The notes beneath the pieces are model-generated. The model had not been told where the DNA came from and made no database searches. It saw only the letters and a program-made list of their open reading frames with translations. Position numbers and translations under genes: made by a program. A stretch of 64,000 nucleotides of DNA, from positions 32,929 to 96,928 of the forward strand of contig JADHOL010000006.1 in NCBI GenBank assembly GCA_016779005.1. The letters run 5' to 3'. Source of the DNA: Alphaproteobacteria bacterium (GTDB taxonomy: Bacteria > Pseudomonadota > Alphaproteobacteria > Puniceispirillales > Puniceispirillaceae). Positions 1-9,605 of this stretch are shown here, piece after piece (position 1 is the stretch's first letter; each line of letters starts with the position of its first letter).

Positions 1-493
1 TCCGTTCGTTTTTACCTTATTTTTGTTTATTTTGTTTTCAAACCTGCTTGGGTTAATTCCATATAGCTACACTGTAACAAGTCAAATCATCGTTACATTT
101 GCAATGGCTTTCACCATATTCATAGGCGTAACATTGATTGGCCTATTCAAACATGGTCTACATTTTTTCTCATTTTTCGTGCCACCAGGCGCGTCTAAGC
201 CCTTAATACCTCTATTGGTTTTGATTGAGGTTATCTCTTATTTAATTCGTCCTGTAAGCTTATCTGTTCGTTTATTTGCAAACATGCTTGCAGGTCATAC
301 AATGCTAAAAGTTTTTGCGGGACTAGCCGTGATGATGAGCGGTGCTGGCGGGATAATGGTGGCGGGTTCAGCCTTTCCATTAATAGCCATTATTGGTCTA
401 ACCGGCTTAGAGCTTTTAGTGGCATTATTACAAGCATATGTGTTTACAATTTTGACTTGTATGTATTTGAATGACGCGTTACACCTTCACTAG
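1..493 (+). CDS. atpB: F0F1 ATP synthase subunit a, C-terminal part (5' end lies outside the window)
   Basis: Frame is open from nt 2 (PFVFTLFLFILFSNLLGLIPYSYT...) to the stop at 491-493. Subunit-a motifs SLSVRLFANMLAGH and LQAYVFTIL are present. Followed by the c, b' and b subunit genes. Confidence 0.93.
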   Translation, partial: PFVFTLFLFILFSNLLGLIPYSYTVTSQIIVTFAMAFTIFIGVTLIGLFKHGLHFFSFFVPPGASKPLIPLLVLIEVISYLIRPVSLSVRLFANMLAGHTMLKVFAGLAVMMSGAGGIMVAGSAFPLIAIIGLTGLELLVALLQAYVFTILTCMYLNDALHLH

Positions 494-566
494 AAATTAA
501 CGTATAACAAGTGGCTCTGAACGGAGCCTTAACCAAAAACTATTAATCATAAAAAAGGATAAAAAA

Positions 567-794
567 ATGGAAGCTGAAGCTGCAAAATTACTAGGCGCAG
601 GAATTGCTATGATTGCACTTGCTGGTGTTGGAATCGGTATGGGTAATATTTTTGCATCATTGATTAGCTCTATCGCTCGCAATCCATCTGCGCGTGATGA
701 AGTATTCGGTATTGGTATTCTTGGTTTTGCTTTGACCGAGGCTATTGCACTATTTGCGCTTGTTATTGCGCTATTACTTTTATTCGTATTTTAA
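567..794 (+). CDS. atpE: F0F1 ATP synthase subunit c
   Basis: 75-aa two-helix proteolipid with the ARNP loop and the conserved carboxylate in [13 protein letters not shown]-type RBS lies upstream. Confidence 0.95.
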   Translation: MEAEAAKLLGAGIAMIALAGVGIGMGNIFASLISSIARNPSARDEVFGIGILGFALTEAIALFALVIALLLLFVF

Positions 795-865
795 TTTGTT
801 GCTTTTGCTTTTTAAATGAGACGGGCATATCCGCTAATGCTAATAGGCCTGTCTTATAAAAACAG

Positions 866-1474
866 ATGTTTCAAACCGATCAGAGTATGAATATGGTAAA
901 ACGAATTTGGATCTATTCAGGGATAATATCCCTTAGCCTTATCACAAAAGGTGCGTTAGCTGCGGGCGATAGCTCTGGCGGCTTGCCACAATTGGATATT
1001 ACAACCTGGCCTTCTCAGTTGTTCTGGCTTGTTGTAACATTTGTTATTGGCTATATCCTTATCTCGTCTCTTGTTGCGCCTTCTATCTCGTCTGTTCTTG
1101 AAAATCGCTCTACTAAAATCTCTGATGATCTTGAAACAGCAAAAAAAGCTCAGGATAATGCAAAAGAGGTTTACACCTCTTATGAGGAATCCTTAAGCGA
1201 AGCCAGGTCACAAGCGGCTATTGCAGCAGCAAAAGCACTTGAAGAAGCAAAGACCGAGACAGCTAGCCGGGATGCTGCTATAAATAAAAAATTAGCAGCA
1301 AGTGCCAAAAAAGCAGAAGCGCGGCTATCCGAAATGAGAGATGAAGCTCTTTCTTCTTTAGAAGATTTGGCAACAGAAACGTCTCAGAAGATTATAGCAG
1401 AACTAACTCCCGTTAAAGTCACAAAAGCCGTTGTAAAAAAACATGTGGCCGCACATGCGAAACTACAAAGCTAA
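866..1474 (+). CDS. atpF2: F0F1 ATP synthase subunit b' (with N-terminal signal-like extension)
   Basis: LPQLDITTWPSQLFWLVVTFVIGYIL membrane anchor followed by an Ala/Glu/Lys-rich coiled coil. Position between atpE and atpF is typical of alphaproteobacteria. Start uncertain (Met codons at 866, 887 and 893). Confidence 0.8.
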   Translation: MFQTDQSMNMVKRIWIYSGIISLSLITKGALAAGDSSGGLPQLDITTWPSQLFWLVVTFVIGYILISSLVAPSISSVLENRSTKISDDLETAKKAQDNAKEVYTSYEESLSEARSQAAIAAAKALEEAKTETASRDAAINKKLAASAKKAEARLSEMRDEALSSLEDLATETSQKIIAELTPVKVTKAVVKKHVAAHAKLQS

Positions 1475-1486
1475 TGGAGCAATAAG

Positions 1487-1969
1487 ATGTATTTTGATGA
1501 ATCAGCTTGGGTTGCATTAGGGTTTGTTATTTTTATTGCTATTATATGGCGTAAAGTAGGATCTGCTTTAGCAAATTTGCTAGATAGCAGAGCACAAAAA
1601 ATCAGAGATGAATTAAGCGAAGCTGAAAATTTACGAAATGAAGCTGAAGCTGAATTGAAAAAATTTAAGGCTTTGCAAGGTGAAGCCATAGAAGATGCTA
1701 AGCGAATTGTGGCTGATGCCCATGTAGCTGCTGATAGAATTCGCGATATAGCGGTTGAAAAAGCAGAAGAATCTATAAAAAGAAGAGAAGCACAGGCAAA
1801 AGCGAAAATTGCTGCGGCAGAGGCTGCTGTGGTTACTGAACTCAGAACCAAAGCAACCAGTCTTGCTATTTCAGCCAGCAAAGAGCTATTAGCCTCAGAA
1901 CTTGATGCTGAATTAGGCGCTTCCATGATAGATGAATCTCTTACCCAGATTGCGGCAACAAAGTCGTAA
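1487..1969 (+). CDS. atpF: F0F1 ATP synthase subunit b
   Basis: Single N-terminal TM helix (WVALGFVIFIAIIW) followed by a long charged coiled coil. Operon position fits. Confidence 0.85.
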   Translation: MYFDESAWVALGFVIFIAIIWRKVGSALANLLDSRAQKIRDELSEAENLRNEAEAELKKFKALQGEAIEDAKRIVADAHVAADRIRDIAVEKAEESIKRREAQAKAKIAAAEAAVVTELRTKATSLAISASKELLASELDAELGASMIDESLTQIAATKS

Positions 1970-2024
1970 AAGCGCTTAAACTGCCTTAGCTATCCTGTTT
2001 GGTTTTTTAAACTCACTTGCGTCG

Positions 2025-2492
2025 TTATGGTTTTATAACTTTCGGCGCGAGAGATAATATAACACGGCCGGATTTTTGCATCTGTGTTTTTGGTGTTATA
2101 ACAGGATAAAGGGTATTCGTGCCTGACGGAAAAGTCATTTTGTAACTCACCGTTTCATAGCTTTCCACTATATCTTGCGAATCCAAAATAGCGATTAGCA
2201 CGGGTAATTCTAGCTCAACCACATTTTCATTTTGGCTTAGACCCCTCACTAGCTTCAATCCGATTTTAATTCTTACGTCAACCATATCAGCCTTTTCATT
2301 GCATAAAGCTGATACACCATTTAGCCGTGCGTACACCTCGCCCCCATCATCAGGAGTGCGCAACGTCACCCTACTTCCTTCTTCAACCGCAGTTACCCTG
2401 CTAGAACAGTCGCTCCAAGTGGGTCTAATCGTCTCACACCCTGTTAAAAATAATGATAATATAATCACGAAGATAGGCTTGGTTTGCATCAC
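2025..2492 (-). CDS. hypothetical lipoprotein
   Basis: Signal peptide with lipobox LFLTGC at the N-terminus. I do not recognise a family. Confidence 0.55.
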   Translation of the reverse strand: MMQTKPIFVIILSLFLTGCETIRPTWSDCSSRVTAVEEGSRVTLRTPDDGGEVYARLNGVSALCNEKADMVDVRIKIGLKLVRGLSQNENVVELELPVLIAILDSQDIVESYETVSYKMTFPSGTNTLYPVITPKTQMQKSGRVILSLAPKVIKP

Positions 2493-2562
2493 ATCACCTT
2501 TATTTCACATTTTGGACTGTCTTCAATTGACCTTTGTGACGTTATCGCGCAAATAAAACGTT

Positions 2563-3510
2563 ATGAGAAGTCAAAAAAAAACAATTTTACTCGCTGCGCC
2601 CCGTGGTTTTTGTGCTGGGGTTGAACGCGCCATTGAAATCGTAGAAACAGCATTGCAGAAGTTTGGCTCTCCTGTCTATGTTAGACACGAGATTGTTCAT
2701 AATAAATATGTGGTTAATTCGCTTGCTGAGAAGGGCGCCATATTTGTGGAGGAACTTGATGAGGTTCCAGAAGGCGCGCCTGTTATTTTTTCAGCTCATG
2801 GTGTTTCTAAATCTGTTAAAGAACGAGCAGACGCCGAGAATATGATAGCCATTGATGCCACCTGCCCGCTGGTAACGAAAGTGCATAATGAAACCTCACG
2901 GCACCATCGCAAGGGCAAGCACACCCTTCTAATTGGACATGCTGGTCACCCAGAGGTTGAGGGAACAATGGGGCAGGTTCCAGAAGGCGCAATGAGCCTT
3001 GTTGAAACAGCAGAACACGCATTGAATGTGCAACCTCCATTATCTAACGGGCTCGCATTTGCTACACAAACCACATTATCAGTTGATGACACATCGCAGA
3101 TAATCTCTATTCTTCAGCACCGGTTTCCAGAGATTACAGGACCAAGTGGTGAGGATATTTGTTATGCTACGACGAACCGGCAAAACGCTGTTAAAAAGCT
3201 TGCTCCGCAGGCAGAGTATTTTATTATCGTAGGGGCAGATAACTCGTCAAACTCAAAAAGGCTTGTTGAAGTCGCCCTAAAATTTGGTGCCGGCGGGGCC
3301 GTTCTTATTCCAGATGCGGCATCACTTGATTTAGATATTCTGCGTGATGTTTCGGTTATTGGTATCTCATCTGGTGCGTCCGTGCCTGATATATTAGTAG
3401 ATGAAGTGATTGAAAAATTGCAGAAAGAATTTGATATTTCAGTTAAAACAGAAGGTTCAGCACGAGAAGATATGGTGTTTAACCTGCCTCCTATATTGAA
3501 AAAAAGATAA
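2563..3510 (+). CDS. ispH: 4-hydroxy-3-methylbut-2-enyl diphosphate reductase
   Basis: APRGFCAGVERAI, DATCPLVTKVH and HNKYVV motifs carrying the three Fe-S cysteines. 315 aa. Confidence 0.95.
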   Translation: MRSQKKTILLAAPRGFCAGVERAIEIVETALQKFGSPVYVRHEIVHNKYVVNSLAEKGAIFVEELDEVPEGAPVIFSAHGVSKSVKERADAENMIAIDATCPLVTKVHNETSRHHRKGKHTLLIGHAGHPEVEGTMGQVPEGAMSLVETAEHALNVQPPLSNGLAFATQTTLSVDDTSQIISILQHRFPEITGPSGEDICYATTNRQNAVKKLAPQAEYFIIVGADNSSNSKRLVEVALKFGAGGAVLIPDAASLDLDILRDVSVIGISSGASVPDILVDEVIEKLQKEFDISVKTEGSAREDMVFNLPPILKKR

Positions 3511-3515
3511 TATTA

Positions 3516-4475
3516 ATGGCTGTATATACCCCCGTTTCTGATCAAGACCTCTCCGATTTCCTACAAAATTACGATATTGGCGAGGTAATAAGCCTGACAG
3601 AGATCACAGAAGGTGTTGAGAATTCAAACTTTATCTTAAAAACCAGTCTAGACAGCTATATTCTCACCCTTTATGAGAAGAGAGTAAGCGCAGATGATTT
3701 GCCTTTTTTTATGAAGCTCATCAGTGAGTTATATAACCGTGATATTAGCTGTCCAAAGCCGATAAAAAACAAACATGGCGATATAATCAATAAATGTGCT
3801 GGAAAATACGCGACTATCGTATCCTTTCTTAACGGTGAGACAGCGCAATTTACAAATTTAGAGAGATGCTCTCAAATAGGCGTTATGCTGGCAAGACTTC
3901 ATTTAGCAGGCGCCATGATCCCTCTTAGCAGAGATAATCCCCTTGGACCTGCAAGTTGGCTGGCAATCCTTAAAGATACCGACGATAGTAATACAGATTT
4001 AGCAACAACCCTTAACCGCGAGGCAATTACGCAGATAAACCATATTATCTCTAGCTGGCCGACCTCACTTCCAAGCGGTGTAATACATGGCGATCTATTC
4101 CCTAATAATGCCATGTTTATCGGGGATACCCTTACTGGTATTATTGATTTCTATTTTGCCTGCACTGGTTTTTTTGCCTATGACCTTGCGATTTGCCTGA
4201 ATAGCTGGTGCTTTGAGAGTGACGGACGTTTTAATTCTGAAAAAGCAACAAGGCTGATTTCTAGCTACCAAACAATACGGAAGTTGACACAAGATGAGAT
4301 AGATGCGCTACCGATTTTATCTCAAGGGGCAGCTGCTCGATTTTTTGCAACACGCTATTATGACTGGCACCACACACCAAAAGACGCGCACGTTCAAAGA
4401 CATGACCCACTGGAATATTGGAATAAGATTACCTTTCTTAAATCCAACGCCAATTTGGGTTTATATGGATTCTAA
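3516..4475 (+). CDS. thrB: homoserine kinase, type II (kinase-fold ThrB)
   Basis: APH/choline-kinase-like fold (NSNFILKT, IHGDLFPNN, IIDFYFA). The ispH-thrB-rnhA arrangement is common in alphaproteobacteria. Confidence 0.88.
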   Translation: MAVYTPVSDQDLSDFLQNYDIGEVISLTEITEGVENSNFILKTSLDSYILTLYEKRVSADDLPFFMKLISELYNRDISCPKPIKNKHGDIINKCAGKYATIVSFLNGETAQFTNLERCSQIGVMLARLHLAGAMIPLSRDNPLGPASWLAILKDTDDSNTDLATTLNREAITQINHIISSWPTSLPSGVIHGDLFPNNAMFIGDTLTGIIDFYFACTGFFAYDLAICLNSWCFESDGRFNSEKATRLISSYQTIRKLTQDEIDALPILSQGAAARFFATRYYDWHHTPKDAHVQRHDPLEYWNKITFLKSNANLGLYGF

Positions 4476-4477
4476 TT

Positions 4478-4930
4478 ATGAGCGCAAAAACATTCTTATA
4501 TACTGACGGGGCGTGTTTGGGGAATCCTGGTGCTGGCGGCTGGGCAAGCATTCTATGCTATGAGGATCACAAAAAGATATTATCTGGCAGCGAGGCAGAT
4601 ACAACAAATAATAGAATGGAGCTAACGGCTGTTATTATGGGCTTATCAGCTTTAAAAAGGCCCGTTGATATTACTGTTGTAACAGATAGCAGATATGTAA
4701 TGGATGGCATTACCAAATGGATTGCTAATTGGAAAAAAAATCACTGGAAAACCGCTGCAAAGAATGATGTAAAAAATAAGGATCTTTGGCTATTGCTAGA
4801 TGCGCTTTGTTGCAAGCATCAGGTAAGCTGGGAATGGATAAAAGGCCATTCTGGTCACGCTGAAAATGAAGAATGTGACCAGATATCGCAGGCAGAAGCA
4901 CGAAAAATACAAATAGAAAACACCCGCTAG
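4478..4930 (+). CDS. rnhA: ribonuclease HI
   Basis: YTDGACLGNPGAGGWA, TNNRMEL and KGHSGH motifs. 150 aa. Confidence 0.95.
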   Translation: MSAKTFLYTDGACLGNPGAGGWASILCYEDHKKILSGSEADTTNNRMELTAVIMGLSALKRPVDITVVTDSRYVMDGITKWIANWKKNHWKTAAKNDVKNKDLWLLLDALCCKHQVSWEWIKGHSGHAENEECDQISQAEARKIQIENTR

Positions 4931-5412
4931 CCAGAAACGATTGCCAGCAGCGATTCAGCATCCGACACTTCAAACGCTTTTGGCGCTTCTTTAAAGAAAT
5001 GTGTAATTACGCCATCTTCTATAATGAGCGCACTTCTTGAAGCTCTAATACCAAGAACAGGCCCCATATCGGTTGTTAATCCAAGCTCATCAGAGAATAC
5101 AGCTCTACTATCCGCCAGCAAATCTATCAGGCCATCTGCCTGTTTTTGTTCTGCCCATGCAAGCATAACATGCGCATCATTAACAGCAAGACAGGCAATA
5201 GCATCAATACCAGCAGATTTAAAATTGTCATAATGTTTTACATATCCTGGCAAATGCTTCTCAGAACAGGTCGCTGTAAATGCACCCGGAACAGAAAATA
5301 CAATGATTTTACGCCCAGCGAAATAGGCTTGTGTATCTATCACATCAAGCCCTTCAGATGTTTTAGTCGTTACTTCAAGCTTGGGGATTGCACTTCCAGT
5401 TGTTAATGCCAT
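4927..5412 (-). CDS. peroxiredoxin, Prx5/PrxD type (no signal peptide)
   Basis: PGAFTATCS peroxidatic-Cys motif. 161 aa. Stop shares CTAG with the rnhA stop. Confidence 0.88.
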   Translation of the reverse strand: MALTTGSAIPKLEVTTKTSEGLDVIDTQAYFAGRKIIVFSVPGAFTATCSEKHLPGYVKHYDNFKSAGIDAIACLAVNDAHVMLAWAEQKQADGLIDLLADSRAVFSDELGLTTDMGPVLGIRASRSALIIEDGVITHFFKEAPKAFEVSDAESLLAIVSG

Positions 5413-5449
5413 TGATTATCGTTCCTTTTATTTATTTCAAATTACTAAC

Positions 5450-7384
5450 TTATTTTAAACTTGCAGCATGTATTGCGTCTAATAACCGCTCGGCTGTTAA
5501 GATTTCAGGCAGTATTATGGGTGTTTCTAGCCGAGGCGAAAATAGGATGTCAAATGGTATTCCAAATCTTCCATTCATGGCCAGAAATTCTGCTATTTCA
5601 TCATTAGGTCTGGTCCAGTCTGCCTGAAATAACATAAAGTCTGCGTCTACGAATGCCTTATTTATAGTACCCAATTCCAGAACAGAGATTTTATTCACTT
5701 TGCAGGTTATGCACCAATCAGCTGTAACATCCACAAAAACAGGTCTATTAGTTGCAATAGCCGTCTCCATTGCGGCCATGGACCATGGCTCATAATTATT
5801 CAGTGACGGTGTTTGAGCGCTGGTGCGCCAGCCAACCAGATTAGCAAAAACCCATAAAATCCAGATTAGCGTTCCAATTAACAGAATAGCTGATATCTGT
5901 TTAATTCTAACCATCCAGCGACCCGGGCTCGGCAGAAAGCGTGTAAGCGAGGGCATTGCTGCAAATAATAGCCAAGGTAAAGCAAGCCCTACCCCCATTA
6001 CAAAAAGAACACTGACAAGTATCGTGTTAGAGCCTGACAAAGCAAATGCAGAGGCAGTGCCTACAAATGGCGCTGAACACGGCGTAGCAAGGATAGTAGC
6101 AAGCATCCCTGATAAGAAATCATAGCGATAGCCAGAATTTTTTGCCACAGGGGCTGAGAGAATGACCGCAAACTTAGGTATCGGCACATAAACCAAATCA
6201 AATAGCGTTGCAATGAACACAACAAGCACAACCGAAATAAACCCTAGAAATATCGGACTTTGAAACTGAATTCCCCATCCAATTTGATACCCGGCACTTC
6301 TTATGAGTATCAGCCCCAAAGCCAGCATTATAAAACTAGATAAAATTCCAAACGCGGTCGCAAGGAAATGTGCGCGCACCTGATACAATGACGTACGCTC
6401 CACCCCCAGAAAAGACCCTACTTTAAGTGATAAAATAGGTAAAACACACGGCATGAAATTAAGAATAAACCCGCCGATAAAGCTGGTGAGTAATATCACC
6501 ATAAATCCTGGCCAGAACGTAGCTAATGCTGTGTTGGTATTACGGGTTTTGCTAAGGCTGGGGACAGTAATTTCTTTATTCTGCTCTTTAGAGACTATGG
6601 TTAATATTACGTCTTGTCCTACTAATGCACCTGCATCCTGCGCACCATTTATAGTGATTTCAGCAATCATTACATCGTGTGATTTGTCTATTATGACCGG
6701 CTTGGAAAAGCTATAACCAGCAAGTTTGGTTTCAATAAAAACATCTTTTAATGTTTGATCTGGTACGGAAAGCTCAATCAGAATCTTTCTATCTTCAGGC
6801 ATCAAACCGATTGATTTCATCTCGATATCTGGGCCTGTCACGAATGTGGGCACGTGTGCTTTGGCATAGGCTATTTCCTGTGCAAAAGCGGATGGGGGTG
6901 CCATTCCGTTTGGCAGAAACAAACTTAGTGGGCCTGAGATCGGCACACATAAGTCCGAGCATACCAATGCATTTAGCTCGCCTGTGAATGTGAAATCTGC
7001 CTTTAGATCAATTTTTGTGTCGTCACGTTTAATTGAAATTGGCAGAAGCACTCTGCCTGAATACCCAAATGTATCTATACCAAACAATGAGAACCGTTCT
7101 GGCAATGGCCAGAAACGAGTGATTTCGTGTTTTGGATTATCTGATGTGAGTTCAGGCGGCAGTCCTGCATCCCCTGGGCTTCGCCAGTAAACCTTCCATT
7201 CCGGTTTTAATTGAAATTCTAATGCAGCTGGAATTTCGGTTAAGCTACCCGTTGCTTGTGCGCCGCTAATCAGCCTAACTTTTGCGTATTTGCTCTCAAG
7301 CCACGGGCCTTGGGCGGCCTGCAACGAGTTAACCCCGCTAACTATTAAGCAAAATAGAATAAAAAAAATCTGTATCATATCCAT
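5450..7384 (-). CDS. ScsB/DsbD-like thiol:disulfide reductase (N-terminal periplasmic domain, DsbD membrane core, C-terminal thioredoxin)
   Basis: Signal peptide. Membrane-core cysteines in CVLPILSLK and TPCSAPF. C-terminal thioredoxin WCITCKVN. Confidence 0.85.
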   Translation of the reverse strand: MDMIQIFFILFCLIVSGVNSLQAAQGPWLESKYAKVRLISGAQATGSLTEIPAALEFQLKPEWKVYWRSPGDAGLPPELTSDNPKHEITRFWPLPERFSLFGIDTFGYSGRVLLPISIKRDDTKIDLKADFTFTGELNALVCSDLCVPISGPLSLFLPNGMAPPSAFAQEIAYAKAHVPTFVTGPDIEMKSIGLMPEDRKILIELSVPDQTLKDVFIETKLAGYSFSKPVIIDKSHDVMIAEITINGAQDAGALVGQDVILTIVSKEQNKEITVPSLSKTRNTNTALATFWPGFMVILLTSFIGGFILNFMPCVLPILSLKVGSFLGVERTSLYQVRAHFLATAFGILSSFIMLALGLILIRSAGYQIGWGIQFQSPIFLGFISVVLVVFIATLFDLVYVPIPKFAVILSAPVAKNSGYRYDFLSGMLATILATPCSAPFVGTASAFALSGSNTILVSVLFVMGVGLALPWLLFAAMPSLTRFLPSPGRWMVRIKQISAILLIGTLIWILWVFANLVGWRTSAQTPSLNNYEPWSMAAMETAIATNRPVFVDVTADWCITCKVNKISVLELGTINKAFVDADFMLFQADWTRPNDEIAEFLAMNGRFGIPFDILFSPRLETPIILPEILTAERLLDAIHAASLK

Positions 7385-7437
7385 AGATACATAGGCTCAA
7401 TAAGCAAATTTGTCAGCCTTCTATAAAAAAATTTGTA

Positions 7438-7497
7438 GATTTTTTAGCCAAACCTGATTTTTTTAAGCAAACTTGATTTTTTTTAGGCAAAAAGGTT
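7438..7497. repeat. three tandem ~19-bp T-tract units (GAT-T5-8-A(A)GC(C)AAAC(C)T) in a divergent promoter region
   Basis: Read directly: gattttttagccaaacct / gatttttttaagcaaactt / gattttttttaggcaaaaaggtt. The last unit overlaps the palindrome GGCAAA-aagg-TTTGCC. Confidence 0.8.
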
Positions 7498-7531
7498 TGC
7501 CCGAATAGACAAGTTAGCTATTATTATTCCC

Positions 7532-8113
7532 ATGAAAAATGAAAAAGCGTCGCTTCTATTTACAGAACTTGTTGGACATTTTCTTGTAGCAACACCGCAG
7601 ATGAATGACCCACAATTTCATCAGGCTGTTATTTTTATGTGCAAGCATGATAAACAGACGGCGATGGGGTTGGTCTTAAATAAACCAAAACAAAATTTCA
7701 CCTTCTCAAAGCTTACTGAAAAGCTAAGTTTTATAAAACCCCGATTTGAGCAAAATAGAATCATTTATACAGGCGGGCCTGTTGAAGATAGGCGCGGTTA
7801 TATTTTACATTCTGATGAGCATTTAATGCCAGATTCTGTAAAAATCACCGATGAAATTGCGTTATCGATGCAAGTTGACATGCTATCTGAAATTGCCAAT
7901 GGCATTGGCCCTGCCCAGTTTAAAATTATGCTGGGATATACTGGCTGGGCTGCTGGACAATTAGAAGAAGAATTACGCCAGAATATGTGGATTCATGTGC
8001 CCGCCTCGCCAGAGATGATTTTCACAGATGATGTGAGCTCTATTTGGGAAAAGGCACTTGGTTATTGTGGTTTTAATGCTAGTAATCTGTCGCCGCAATC
8101 TGGCTGGGCATAA
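7532..8113 (+). CDS. YqgE/AlgH family protein
   Basis: GHFLVATPQMNDPQFHQAVIFMCKHD and GGPV motifs typical of the UPF0301/AlgH family. Confidence 0.85.
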   Translation: MKNEKASLLFTELVGHFLVATPQMNDPQFHQAVIFMCKHDKQTAMGLVLNKPKQNFTFSKLTEKLSFIKPRFEQNRIIYTGGPVEDRRGYILHSDEHLMPDSVKITDEIALSMQVDMLSEIANGIGPAQFKIMLGYTGWAAGQLEEELRQNMWIHVPASPEMIFTDDVSSIWEKALGYCGFNASNLSPQSGWA

Positions 8114-8183
8114 TAAAAATAGCCAAGACGCTACTTCTGATACGCCTGAAATCCGCTAGAACCCCGCTAGAATATAAAGGGGG

Positions 8184-9587
8184 TCAGCGTATATTTTCAT
8201 AAATAAGTTTTTGGGTGGCTTCAACAGTGCCGTCAATCTCTGTCTTGGTTTCCTTCCTATCCATTAAATCGCGCAAATGCTCTGGTAAATCTGGTCTAAT
8301 ACCAATCGCTTTTTCCACCGCATCTGGAAATTTAGCTGGATGCGCGCACGCAAGTGAAATAATAGGAATATCAGTTGGCACTATTTTATCATCTCGTGCA
8401 GATGCAGCCGCATGAAGCCCCACCGCACTATGGGGATCAAAAATAATTCCATGATTATCATATAAAGATTTTATCTTGCTTGTAGTTTGCGCATCATCAA
8501 CACGATAAGCTACAAAGGTCTCTTTTGCGGTTTCTAGTTGTTCTATTGAAACATCAAAATTCCCAGTGGTCGCAAACGCATTCATTTTCTCAGCACATAA
8601 ATCAGCATCACGTCCAAGCACCTCAAATAATATCCGCTCAAAATTAGACGAGACTTGAATATCCATTGAGGGGCTGAGGCTTTGTTGAACCGTATCACGC
8701 GTCATCCTGCCATTTTCAAAAAACCGCGTTAAAATATCATTTCTATTGGAAGCAACAATCAGCTTTTCGATAGGCAACCCCATCTGACCAGCAGCCCAAC
8801 CAGCAAAGATATTGCCAAAATTACCTGTTGGAACACTAAAAGCAACTTTTTGTTCTGGGGCACCAAGCTTTAATGCAGAAGTAAAATAATAAACAATTTG
8901 AGGAACCAGGCGAGCCCAATTAATTGAGTTTATGGCAGATAGATTTACCGTATCTCTGAATTGATGGTCATTAAAGCACGCTTTTACGATATCCTGACAT
9001 ATATCGAAATCACCTGTAACACACACCGCATGGGCGCCCAGACCAGCAAGAGACGTCATTTGTTGCTGCTGTATAGGTGATACTCTCCCATTAGGGAAAA
9101 GAATAAAAATATCTACTGAATCAAGATTTTGAAATGCCTGCAATGCCGCAGAACCCGTATCACCACTTGTTGCGCCAAGTATCACTGAATGTCTGCCTGT
9201 CTTATCAAGCGCTCGCTCAAACGCCCGTGCTAAAAATTGCATGGCATAATCTTTAAATGCGATTGTAGGGCCATGGAAAAGCTCTAACGCATAGAGACCA
9301 TCCCGAAGAGGGGTGAGAGGCGCTACATCTGGATGGGTAAAGTTTTTGTAAGATTCTTTTGCAAGCTGTGTCACCTCATCTAGGGTGAGATCTCCTTCAG
9401 TGAACTTTGATATTATCTCTCCCGCTATTTGGTAATAATCAAGCCCTCTCATTGCTGCTATTTCTGATGAGGTGAATTTGGGCCAGCTTTTTGGCAAATA
9501 CAACCCGCCATCTCGTGCAAGCCCGCTCAGAAGCGCACCGTCAAATTGGGTATTATTATCCTCTCCGCGTGTACTTAAATATTCCAT
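8184..9587 (-). CDS. thrC: threonine synthase
   Basis: 467 aa. PLP-lysine motif FHGPTIAFKD. GATSGDTG loop. Confidence 0.95.
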   Translation of the reverse strand: MEYLSTRGEDNNTQFDGALLSGLARDGGLYLPKSWPKFTSSEIAAMRGLDYYQIAGEIISKFTEGDLTLDEVTQLAKESYKNFTHPDVAPLTPLRDGLYALELFHGPTIAFKDYAMQFLARAFERALDKTGRHSVILGATSGDTGSAALQAFQNLDSVDIFILFPNGRVSPIQQQQMTSLAGLGAHAVCVTGDFDICQDIVKACFNDHQFRDTVNLSAINSINWARLVPQIVYYFTSALKLGAPEQKVAFSVPTGNFGNIFAGWAAGQMGLPIEKLIVASNRNDILTRFFENGRMTRDTVQQSLSPSMDIQVSSNFERILFEVLGRDADLCAEKMNAFATTGNFDVSIEQLETAKETFVAYRVDDAQTTSKIKSLYDNHGIIFDPHSAVGLHAAASARDDKIVPTDIPIISLACAHPAKFPDAVEKAIGIRPDLPEHLRDLMDRKETKTEIDGTVEATQKLIYENIR

Positions 9588-9605
9588 TTGAGTAAGCTCC
9601 TTTTT

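Noticed and set aside
1471-1926. 151-aa ORF antisense to atpF
   Set aside because: It is an Ala/Ser-rich low-complexity mirror image of the Ala/Glu/Lys-rich coiled coil of subunit b. It has no RBS and no recognisable family, and lies entirely inside a confidently called gene.
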